This document shows positions 1 through 7,907 of a stretch of 15,364 bases of DNA, one piece after another; the first letter of the stretch is position 1, and each line of letters begins with the position of its first letter. This DNA comes from Myxococcota bacterium. Its GTDB lineage: Bacteria > Myxococcota > UBA4151. Location of the stretch: the NCBI GenBank assembly GCA_040260805.1, contig JBDQPD010000084.1:1-15364 (forward strand), given 5' to 3'. Below the pieces are notes generated by a model that did no database searches, was not told the origin of the DNA, and worked only from the letters and a program-made list of their open reading frames with translations. Made by a program: the position numbers and the translations under genes.

Positions 1-777
1 CCGGCGCCGGCCGCGACCGCCGGACGCCCAGGCTTGGATTGCCAAGCGATTTTAGCGGACCAGCCTCAAGCACCTTCTGGGCGTTACTGGATTGATCCAG
101 ACGCTCAGGGCGGCGAAAACGCCTTCTCGGTCGATTGTCAGATGGGCGAGAATCAAGGCTGGGTCATCTTACGCCTGAGCGATGCCGATGGCGTCGTCGT
201 CGCTGAGTTCTCGGGAACCAACCCGTGGGACAAATGTGCTGACGATGCGGGTGCGCCCTTCTCGGTCTCGCAAAACCAAGTCATCGCCGACTCGAGCCCG
301 AACCGCTACCACCGACACGAGGTCGCGTTGTTGTACGACCAACCCAGCACCGGCGCGCCCTACAACGCCGCCCAAATGGCAGCCCTTCGAGGGCGGCTCA
401 CTGAGCTCCATGTGGACACCCGGATGGTGGCGCTGACTGCGGACGATGACAACGGGAACTACCACTCAGGCTCAGGCTGGGGTCATGAAGTGTATATCGA
501 AGACGGCGAGGGCGACTGGGTGCTGCTGTCACCCGGCAACAACGGTGAATGTGGAGGCGGTCAAGGCAGCTACCCGGCTCGTAACTCGCAGTCGGCGATC
601 TACTACTGGCATACTACGGACGCTGGCTCTCAAGTTGCCGGCACGACCGGGATCAACAGCGCGGCTTTGGCGGCGATAGAATCCAAGGATCTCTTACCGA
701 GCCGAGTACGCCTCGAAGTGCGCACCGGCGGTGGCGCTGCGTTCGGCTTCGCTCAGCGCAACTTTCTGGTCCGCTGA
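1..777 (+). CDS. C-terminal part (5'-truncated) of a probable secreted/surface protein with a bacterial fibrinogen-like motif followed by an unassigned domain
   Basis: Frame is open from base 1 (PAPAATAGRPGLDC...), so the TTG at 34 is probably not the true start. PGLDCQAILADQPQAPSGRYWIDPD...FSVDCQMGENQGWVIL matches the C-x2-I...SG-x-YWIDP...VYCDM...GGW pattern at the start of fibrinogen-related/collagen C-terminal-like domains. Stop TGA at 775-777. Confidence 0.7.
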   Translation, partial: PAPAATAGRPGLDCQAILADQPQAPSGRYWIDPDAQGGENAFSVDCQMGENQGWVILRLSDADGVVVAEFSGTNPWDKCADDAGAPFSVSQNQVIADSSPNRYHRHEVALLYDQPSTGAPYNAAQMAALRGRLTELHVDTRMVALTADDDNGNYHSGSGWGHEVYIEDGEGDWVLLSPGNNGECGGGQGSYPARNSQSAIYYWHTTDAGSQVAGTTGINSAALAAIESKDLLPSRVRLEVRTGGGAAFGFAQRNFLVR

Positions 778-781
778 ACCC

Positions 782-2578
782 CTACTCAAGCGCCACTTGG
801 GTCGCGTAGTATCCGCCCTGACTCATGAGCTCTTCATGCGTCCCGCGGTGAGTGATCTGACCTTCCTGCAGCACCAAGATCTCATCGGCGTGACGCACCG
901 TGCTGAGGCGATGTGCGATCACCAAGACGGTGCGACCTTGCATCAAATGGTCGAGCGCTTCTTGCACCAAGCGCTCGCTCTCGGAGTCCAGCGCAGAGGT
1001 CGCCTCATCAAGTAGAAGAATCGGCGCATCGCGGAGTAAGGCACGCGCGATGGCGATGCGCTGCCTTTGACCGCCGGACAATCGAACGCCTCGATCCCCG
1101 ACCACAGTATTCAAACCTGCCGGGAACGCGCTGATGAAATCCCACGCTTGAGCAGCTTGTGCGGCTGCTTTGACCGCCGCATCGTCGGCCGATTCACAGC
1201 CGTAGGCGATGTTGTAGCGAATGCTCTCGTGAAACAGGACCACGTCCTGACTGACCAGAGCCATCTGGCGACGTAGGCTGTGCTGATCGAGCTTGCGCAG
1301 ATCGGCGCCGTCCAGCTCAACGCCACCGGACTGGACTTCATAAAATCTCGGGATCAGGTTGAGCACCGTACTTTTACCCGAGCCTGAAGGCCCTACCAAG
1401 GCCACGGTCTTTCCTGCGCCTAGTTCAAAATCAATGCCGTCGAGGACGGGTACCCCTTGATGTTCACCGGGATACGCAAAGTGGACGTTGCGAAAGCGGA
1501 TCCCCTCGCTGAACTTATCGAGCTCCTTGGCGTCGAGCGCATTTTGGATCGTCGGTTCGCGATCCAAGATTTCAAACAGACGCTCGGCGGCACCCAAGCC
1601 TGTCGCCATCAAGGTCGAGACGCGGCCCATCTCTTTGACCGGTCCATAAATTAGAATCAGCGTCAGAAAGAACGAGACAAAGAACTCAGGCTCTAGATGG
1701 TTGGCGTCGCCTACCGGTAAGGCCATTCGATCGGTCGCGTACCAAAGCACTAACGCCAGACCGATCACGCCGCAAAACTCAACAAAGGGCGAGTAGACGC
1801 CACGGGCTGCGACCGAGCGCAGCATGATCTGTAAGAAGCGTTCATGTTCTTCGTGAACCACCTGCTGCTCTTTAGCCTCAGATGCGCTCGCTTTGATGAG
1901 ATGAACGGCGCCAATCGCTTGCGTGATACGCGCCGTGATCTGACCGAGCGAGTCCAGATACTCGCGAGCGATCCGACGAATGACTTTCAAGAACCAAATG
2001 ATCGGGACCGCAGCTCCGGGGACTGCGACAAACGCTGCTAGCGCCAACATCGGATCCAGCAAGAAGCATTGGAGGACTAGGGCAAAGACGACCAGTGAGC
2101 TGCGCAGCAGCGACGCGACCGCATCCACCACGGCGACTTCGATCTGTTGAACATCAGTCGTAAAGCGACTCACCAGCTCGCCTTGTTGGCGTCCGTCAAA
2201 GAACCCCATCTCCTGCGATAAGGTCTTCTCAAAAAGCTGATTACGCAGATCAACTACGACGTGAGCGCCCACCCAGCGAATGACAAAAAACTGCGTCCCG
2301 TAAGCGATCCCTTTAATGATCACGACACCCACGAGAATCCAGCCAATATACCGCAGATCGCCCTGCCCCTCGCCAAAGACATCGGCGAGAAAAGGGAAGT
2401 GCTTGGTGACCGTGACAAAGCCGCGCTCGCCGCCGGTCACGAGGTGACTAATCCCTGGACCGATTAAGAAGGCATAAGCGGCGGTCGTCGCCGCCAGCAC
2501 CACCATCGCCGCAAAGCCGAGAGGCACCCAGCGCCAATAGGGCGCAACGAAGTGCAGGAGTCGTTTGTACACGCTCAA
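782..2578 (-). CDS. msbA: MsbA-like lipid A/glycolipid ABC exporter (TMD-NBD half transporter)
   Basis: 598 aa. N-terminal membrane domain starting YKRLLHFVAPYW, Walker A GPSGSGKS, signature LSGGQRQR, Walker B/D-loop LLLDEATSALD, H-loop AHRLST. Lies downstream of lpxB. TTG start overlaps the upstream TGA stop. Confidence 0.85.
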   Translation of the reverse strand: MSVYKRLLHFVAPYWRWVPLGFAAMVVLAATTAAYAFLIGPGISHLVTGGERGFVTVTKHFPFLADVFGEGQGDLRYIGWILVGVVIIKGIAYGTQFFVIRWVGAHVVVDLRNQLFEKTLSQEMGFFDGRQQGELVSRFTTDVQQIEVAVVDAVASLLRSSLVVFALVLQCFLLDPMLALAAFVAVPGAAVPIIWFLKVIRRIAREYLDSLGQITARITQAIGAVHLIKASASEAKEQQVVHEEHERFLQIMLRSVAARGVYSPFVEFCGVIGLALVLWYATDRMALPVGDANHLEPEFFVSFFLTLILIYGPVKEMGRVSTLMATGLGAAERLFEILDREPTIQNALDAKELDKFSEGIRFRNVHFAYPGEHQGVPVLDGIDFELGAGKTVALVGPSGSGKSTVLNLIPRFYEVQSGGVELDGADLRKLDQHSLRRQMALVSQDVVLFHESIRYNIAYGCESADDAAVKAAAQAAQAWDFISAFPAGLNTVVGDRGVRLSGGQRQRIAIARALLRDAPILLLDEATSALDSESERLVQEALDHLMQGRTVLVIAHRLSTVRHADEILVLQEGQITHRGTHEELMSQGGYYATQVALE

Positions 2579-3285
2579 CTACCTCGAGTGACTCGGCGCG
2601 GTAAACCAGCGACTGCAGCCATCGCTTCGAGAACGATCTTACCGCTCATCTTCGACGTTCCGGCTACCCGATCGGGGAAAATAATAGGAAACTCTTCAAC
2701 CGAAAACCCAGCCAACAAAGCACGATACTTCATCTCAACTTGAAAGACGTAGCCTTTAGCCGCCACGGCGTCGAGATCGAGTCGCTCGAGGACCGTGCTG
2801 CGCCAGCCGACAAAACCAGCGGTCAGATCACGAACTTTAACGCCAAGAATGGTCCGAGCATACAGCGAGCCACCCCGACTCAAAATCCGACGATGCAGAC
2901 CCCAGTTCTCGACGCCACCCCCGGCGATCCAGCGAGAACCTACCGCCACGTCATGCTGCTCTAGAGTTCGAAGCATATCGACCAAGTAGCGAGGCTGGTG
3001 CGAAAAATCGGCGTCCATCTCGACGACGCGCTCATAGTCGCGCTCAAGAGCCCAGCGAAATCCTGCCACATAGGCTGGACCTAGACCCTCCTTCTCTCGT
3101 CGACTCAGGAGGTGCAAACGAGGCTCACGCTCTGCCAACTCTCGAACGATATCGCCCGTACCATCGGGTGAATTATCGTCGATGATCAAAAGATCCAGAG
3201 GCGCAACGGCGAGCACCGCCGGAATGATCTCCCGAATATTCTCACGTTCATTATACGTCGGCATGCAGACTAAGGCGCGCGTCAT
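2575..3285 (-). CDS. GT2 polyprenol-phosphate glycosyltransferase (DPM1/Ppm1-like polyprenol monophosphomannose synthase family)
   Basis: Motifs PTYNE, IDDNSPDGT, EMDADFSHQP, DLTAGF, GYVFQVEM. Start reassigned to ATG at 3285 (MTRALVCMPTYNE, 236 aa), which overlaps the PAP2 stop as ATGA. The sugar donor cannot be determined from sequence. Confidence 0.88.
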   Translation of the reverse strand: MTRALVCMPTYNERENIREIIPAVLAVAPLDLLIIDDNSPDGTGDIVRELAEREPRLHLLSRREKEGLGPAYVAGFRWALERDYERVVEMDADFSHQPRYLVDMLRTLEQHDVAVGSRWIAGGGVENWGLHRRILSRGGSLYARTILGVKVRDLTAGFVGWRSTVLERLDLDAVAAKGYVFQVEMKYRALLAGFSVEEFPIIFPDRVAGTSKMSGKIVLEAMAAVAGLPRRVTRGS

Positions 3286-3815
3286 ATCGACAAATCTCCA
3301 GACTGTTCTTGCAGCGGTCCTCGATGCCTTCGAAGCGCTAGAAATGCGAGGCAAAACCCTAAAATCAAACCCACCAGGACATCGCTGAACCAATGAGCGC
3401 CGATTGCGATGCGGCTCCAGCCGACTCCAATCGCTATACCGACAGCCCCGACCGTGATCGGAAGGCTCGCCGCCGAAAACGCAATGGCGCCGCCGACATA
3501 GGCGGCGAATGCAGAGTGTCCCGAAGGAAAGGCGTGGCGTTTGAGGTGTCCGCCAGGGAGCGTCTCAAGGGCTTCAATTTGGGCTGCAGGTCTCGGACGA
3601 TCGAGTGAGCGTTTGGTGCCCTGGACAAGGACCAGCAAGACCAGGCCTATGATGACCAACGATTTGAGCATCGCCTGACTGCGCTGCCAACCATGCAAAC
3701 GAAGCAAGGCAACGACTAAAATGGGCACGGCAAGAAAGGGCTCACCCAACAAGGTGATCCAGCGCGCCCATTCGGCGCCCGGACCAGCCATCGCCAAGGT
3801 AAGCGTCAGATCCAT
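3282..3815 (-). CDS. PAP2-family membrane phosphatase (candidate lipid A phosphatase or undecaprenyl-pyrophosphate phosphatase)
   Basis: All three PAP2 motifs are intact: C1 KRSLDRPRP, C2 FPSGH, C3 SRIAIGAHWFSD, with several hydrophobic helices. Likely start is ATG at 3815, coupled to the lpxB stop as TGATG (177 aa). TTG at 3827 is an alternative start. Confidence 0.88.
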   Translation of the reverse strand: MDLTLTLAMAGPGAEWARWITLLGEPFLAVPILVVALLRLHGWQRSQAMLKSLVIIGLVLLVLVQGTKRSLDRPRPAAQIEALETLPGGHLKRHAFPSGHSAFAAYVGGAIAFSAASLPITVGAVGIAIGVGWSRIAIGAHWFSDVLVGLILGFCLAFLALRRHRGPLQEQSGDLSI

Positions 3816-4894
3816 CAGCCGCGCCAAGCTTGGGCGACGGCTTCGATGCCGACGCCCTGTGCCAAAAGGTGTCTGAGCGCATCGCTGCCCTGGGCATGCT
3901 GTGCGCGCAGCGCATGATCAGCGCGTAAGTCCATGAGCGCTTGCGCCAAACGCTCGGGGGTCGCGTCCCTTTGGAAGACCTCATCCCAGATGGGATCTTG
4001 ATCCCCTGTTCGCACCAAGGTCAGGTTGCTTGGCGAGGTGACCTCGAGTCGAACCAAGGCGTTGCCAATCGCCCAATGCAAGCCACCTGTTCGATACGTA
4101 ATGACATGCGGTGTCCCCACCAAAGCGACCTCAAGCGAAGCCGTGCCATTACACACCAGCGCAGCGCTTGCGCCGCCTACTGCCTCGACCATCGTCTCCA
4201 CAAAATCGACCGGCAGCCCCTGAAAGGCTGCCTCGACCTCCGAGCGCTCAAGAGTTGGAGCCACCGGTACTCGAAAGCGTAAGCTGTCGTCTTGAGCGAG
4301 CAGCACTCGAGCCGTTGCCACCATCAAGGGGGCAAGATGACTGAGCTCGTTGGGGCGTGAGCCGGGCACCAAAGCGACGGGGCCGTCAACCGGACTGTCG
4401 AGTTTAGGCGTTTGATCAGCGATCGGGTTACCGCAGTACGCAGCAGAGACACCGCGCTCCGACCACCAATCTGCCTCGAAGGGTAGGATCGTAAAAACTT
4501 GGTCATAAGCTTGCCGTGCCTTTTTGATTCGCCAGCCGCCCCAAGCCCAAAGTTTGGGGGGAATGAATCCAACCACATGGACTCCACGAGCTCTGAGCGC
4601 ACGCCCCAGCGGAATGTGAAACCCAGAGTAGTCGACCAGTAGGGCGCGCTGCACCTGATGCCGATCAACGGCAGCGAGTAACGCTCGACGGCTTTCTTTG
4701 AGCTCTTTGAGCATCGAGAGTGGCTGCGACAAGCCAAAATGCCCCTCAAGGCCGACCACTTGCTCTGCGCCGAGCGCCTGAAGCTCAGGTCCGACCTTGC
4801 CGATGATATGCTGTCCGGAACCCAAGGCTTTGACCACTGCGGCAGCTTGGCGATCCCCGCTCGCTTCGCCCACGCTGATCAGCAACGAGGTCAT
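3815..4894 (-). CDS. lpxB: Lipid-A-disaccharide synthase (GT19)
   Basis: 359 aa with motifs ISVGEASGD, PPKLWAW, ILPFE, LVPGSRPNE, NGTASLE. Located between bamA and msbA. Confidence 0.9.
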   Translation of the reverse strand: MTSLLISVGEASGDRQAAAVVKALGSGQHIIGKVGPELQALGAEQVVGLEGHFGLSQPLSMLKELKESRRALLAAVDRHQVQRALLVDYSGFHIPLGRALRARGVHVVGFIPPKLWAWGGWRIKKARQAYDQVFTILPFEADWWSERGVSAAYCGNPIADQTPKLDSPVDGPVALVPGSRPNELSHLAPLMVATARVLLAQDDSLRFRVPVAPTLERSEVEAAFQGLPVDFVETMVEAVGGASAALVCNGTASLEVALVGTPHVITYRTGGLHWAIGNALVRLEVTSPSNLTLVRTGDQDPIWDEVFQRDATPERLAQALMDLRADHALRAQHAQGSDALRHLLAQGVGIEAVAQAWRG

Positions 4895-7212
4895 CAGAAG
4901 GCAGAGCCGATCGTAAACTCAAGAGCGGAGGCTTCGTCTCCAGGTCGAGGCGTCAACGGATAACCGACCTCAAGCCTCAGCGGACCCATGGGACTTTGCC
5001 ATCGAATCCCGTAACCGACCGAGTGCAACAAACCAAAGGGATAGCCGTTCTCAGCCCCCATGAGGTAAGGATCCTGTCGTGCCCAGACGTTGCCCGTGTC
5101 GTAGAACGCCACGCCGGTCACTCGAGCCGCTGGGAAGATCGGAACCTCTAACTCAAAGTTGGCGACGATCTGCTTGTTGCCACCCAAAACCTGCTCGGAC
5201 ATCGGACTGTCCGGTGAGAACCCATAAGGGACTCGAGCGGCCGGCCCCACCGAGCGCAAGCGGTAGCCTCGCAAGCTGTAAATTCCGCCCGAGAAATAAT
5301 TCTCTTGGGGCATGCTTTGTTTGGAGCCGAGATAGCCGACTTTGATGCTCGACTTAAAGACTGAAGCCAGCGGTAAGGGAACGTAGCCTCGCAGGGTCGC
5401 GTCAAATCGCCAGAACTCGTTTTCTGAGCCGAAGAGCGGATCGGCGCGATCCAAGCCAATCGAGTGATACATCCCCTTGCTCGGGTACATGCGATCGTTG
5501 CGGCTATCCCAAGTGGCGCGCAGACGCAGCGCCGAGGTCAAACGACGCTGCCCTGGGATCACACCGGGTAATGGGAAGCGCAGCTGATCCTCTGAGATAG
5601 CGACGGTCTCAGCCATCCAGCCTAAGCTCAGATGAAGGTAGTCACCGAACAGATATCCGCCGGTCAGACTTGCCCCGGTGGCGGTGCGAACAAAGTTATA
5701 ATAATCGGTTTCGTTGTCGTACAAACTCGTCGCAAGCGACCAGCGTGAATCCAGCAAGCGCGGCTCATGATAACTAAAGCTGAACACTTCTCGCAGCGAT
5801 GAATACTGCGCCTGAAGCGCCATGCGCGTCCCGTGACCTAGGAAGTTATCCTGGGTCACCGACGCCATCGCTAAGAAATTTTCAGCGCTTGAAAAGCCGA
5901 AGTTGGCGTTCACCGAACCGGTGCTGCGCTCTTTGACTTCGATGAGCAACGCAATGCGATCGGGCGCAGTCCCAGGCTGCTCGGTGATCCGCACGCCGTC
6001 TTGTTGCTCAAAGAAGCCCGTCGCCTGAACTCGCAGCTTCGAGGCCTGCACTTTGCTCATCGAATACAGGTCGCCCTCATTGATCTTGAGCTCTCGTCGA
6101 ATCACCTTATCGCGGGTCTTATAGTTGCCCCGAATCATGATCCGCTCGACGGTCACACGCGGACCGCGCTGCAACGAGAAATCAAGCGCCACCGTCCGCT
6201 TCTTACGGTCCTGCTTCGCCTTGGTTCCAACATTAGCGAAGGCATACCCTGCGTCTTTGTAGATCCGAGTCAGGGCCTCAATCGAGCGCTGCAGAGCCCC
6301 TGCGCTGAACGGCTCACCCGGTTTGAGCGCAACGTACTTGCGCAGCTTGTCAGCGGGCCGAATCAGCTCCCCTGCGAAGCCAAGCGCACCCAGCTTATAT
6401 TGGGGGCCTTCTTGAATCGGAATCGTGATGCGCATCCCGCGCAGGTCAGGGTCCATCGTAATGGTCGGCTGACCCACTTTGATGTCGAGGTAGCCTTTGT
6501 CTCGGTAGACCAACTCGACCAACTGGCGATCGATGTTGAGCTTTTCCTCATCGAACAAGCCATCGTCAGTGATGAAGTGCATCCAGGTGCGCTCTTGAGT
6601 CTGCAGGCGAGCCTTTATTTCGGACTCGGTAACCTTGTCGTTACCGACCAAACGCAGACTGCGAACCAACACTTTATCGCCGAGGCTATAAAGAAAGGTA
6701 ATATCGACGCGCGCATCGGGTGCGTCGGTCACACGGTAGGTCACCTCACCCAAATAGTAGCCTTGGTCCGACAAGAGCTTTTTGATTTTGACCAAGCTGC
6801 GCCGGAGCGCCGCTTCGTCGATCGGATAACCGGCTTGGACCTCTAGAGCGCCATCGATCTCTTCACGGTCGACCCCCTCTAGCCCCTCGTGTTTGATCTC
6901 GCGAATCGAGGGTCGCTCAACGACCTTGAGAAGCAAGACGAGGTTCTCACCCTCAAAAGTTCGAAAGACCCGCAAATCATCAAACCGTTCAAGATCCCAA
7001 AGGGCTTTCAAATCGGCTGCCACCCGACGCGCTGAAAATGGGGTGCCGACCTTTGACTTCATCGTGCCAAGAACAGCTTCTCGCTCGACGCGCCTCAACC
7101 CTTCGACGCGGATCTCGGTGATCATCACGCCTGGGACAGGTGCCAAAGACTCACTCTGTGTGAACCCGGGACCTGCAAGCAGCATCATGATGATCAACGC
7201 GACTCTGGGCAT
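4894..7212 (-). CDS. bamA: Outer membrane protein assembly factor BamA (Omp85)
   Basis: 772 aa. Signal peptide, five POTRA-like repeats (ITEIRVEGLRRV; IREIKHEG; VRSLRLVGN; YKLGALGFAG; VERIMIRGNYKTRDKVIRRE), barrel with loop-6 SLRGY (VRGF-type) motif, WQSPMGPLRL and C-terminal Phe (FTIGSAF). Confidence 0.95.
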   Translation of the reverse strand: MPRVALIIMMLLAGPGFTQSESLAPVPGVMITEIRVEGLRRVEREAVLGTMKSKVGTPFSARRVAADLKALWDLERFDDLRVFRTFEGENLVLLLKVVERPSIREIKHEGLEGVDREEIDGALEVQAGYPIDEAALRRSLVKIKKLLSDQGYYLGEVTYRVTDAPDARVDITFLYSLGDKVLVRSLRLVGNDKVTESEIKARLQTQERTWMHFITDDGLFDEEKLNIDRQLVELVYRDKGYLDIKVGQPTITMDPDLRGMRITIPIQEGPQYKLGALGFAGELIRPADKLRKYVALKPGEPFSAGALQRSIEALTRIYKDAGYAFANVGTKAKQDRKKRTVALDFSLQRGPRVTVERIMIRGNYKTRDKVIRRELKINEGDLYSMSKVQASKLRVQATGFFEQQDGVRITEQPGTAPDRIALLIEVKERSTGSVNANFGFSSAENFLAMASVTQDNFLGHGTRMALQAQYSSLREVFSFSYHEPRLLDSRWSLATSLYDNETDYYNFVRTATGASLTGGYLFGDYLHLSLGWMAETVAISEDQLRFPLPGVIPGQRRLTSALRLRATWDSRNDRMYPSKGMYHSIGLDRADPLFGSENEFWRFDATLRGYVPLPLASVFKSSIKVGYLGSKQSMPQENYFSGGIYSLRGYRLRSVGPAARVPYGFSPDSPMSEQVLGGNKQIVANFELEVPIFPAARVTGVAFYDTGNVWARQDPYLMGAENGYPFGLLHSVGYGIRWQSPMGPLRLEVGYPLTPRPGDEASALEFTIGSAF

Positions 7213-7907
7213 CAGTTTAGCTCGGCTCCGAGTTCTGTAAGTGATCCACCGGCGAGGTGAAGACGACGCCCCATGCGAGCGGCGAGCGCCGAATGGTGCG
7301 TCGCCACTACGGTGGTCAAACCCATCTCATCGTTCAAGGCAAGAAGAAGGTCATGAATCTCGTTCGCATTTGCTTCGTCGAGATTTCCCGTCGGTTCATC
7401 GGCGAGCAAGAGACGAGGGCTTTGAATCAACGCTCGAGCCAGAGCAACTCGCTGCTTTTCACCGCCGCTCAATTCGCCTGGACGATGTTTCATCCGCTCG
7501 GAGAGGCCAACACGCTCAAGGAAAGCGATCGCTCGAGATTCACTATCAAGAACGCTCGAGCCAGCAATTCGAGCCGGCAAAGCGACGTTCTCAATCGCGC
7601 TGAGTTCAGAGACCAGATGATGGAATTGATAGACAAAACCGACGTGCGCATTGCGATGAGCCGCCAAGGCATCCGAATCCAAACCCGTGAGTTCACGCCC
7701 GTTGAACTCCAGACTTCCCGAGTCCGGTAAATCTAAGGTCCCGAGCAAATGCAGTAAGGTCGACTTGCCCGCCCCGGAGGCGCCAGTTAGCGACACCATC
7801 TCACCAGGCTGCAACACAAAGTCGACCCCGCGCAGGACCTCAATCTTTGTGCCTTCCATTTCGAAAGCTCGATTCAGCCCTGTGCAGTTAAGGAGCGGCT
7901 TAGTCAT
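7212..7907 (-). CDS. lolD: Lipoprotein-releasing system ATP-binding protein
   Basis: 231 aa. GASGAGKSTLLHLLGTLD, VGFVYQFHHL, HRPGELSGGEKQRVALARAL, LADEPTGNLD. Directly follows the LolC/E-like permease gene. Confidence 0.92.
   Translation of the reverse strand: MTKPLLNCTGLNRAFEMEGTKIEVLRGVDFVLQPGEMVSLTGASGAGKSTLLHLLGTLDLPDSGSLEFNGRELTGLDSDALAAHRNAHVGFVYQFHHLVSELSAIENVALPARIAGSSVLDSESRAIAFLERVGLSERMKHRPGELSGGEKQRVALARALIQSPRLLLADEPTGNLDEANANEIHDLLLALNDEMGLTTVVATHHSALAARMGRRLHLAGGSLTELGAELN

Noticed and set aside
3286..3393. N-terminal 36-aa extension of the GT2 ORF given in the track
   Set aside because: Overlaps the PAP2 C-terminal coding region. The ATG at 3285 gives a family-typical N-terminus and an ATGA coupling.
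6001..6846. 281-aa + strand ORF inside bamA
   Set aside because: Antisense to a well-conserved gene, with no motifs or RBS. Long shadow ORFs are expected at this GC content.
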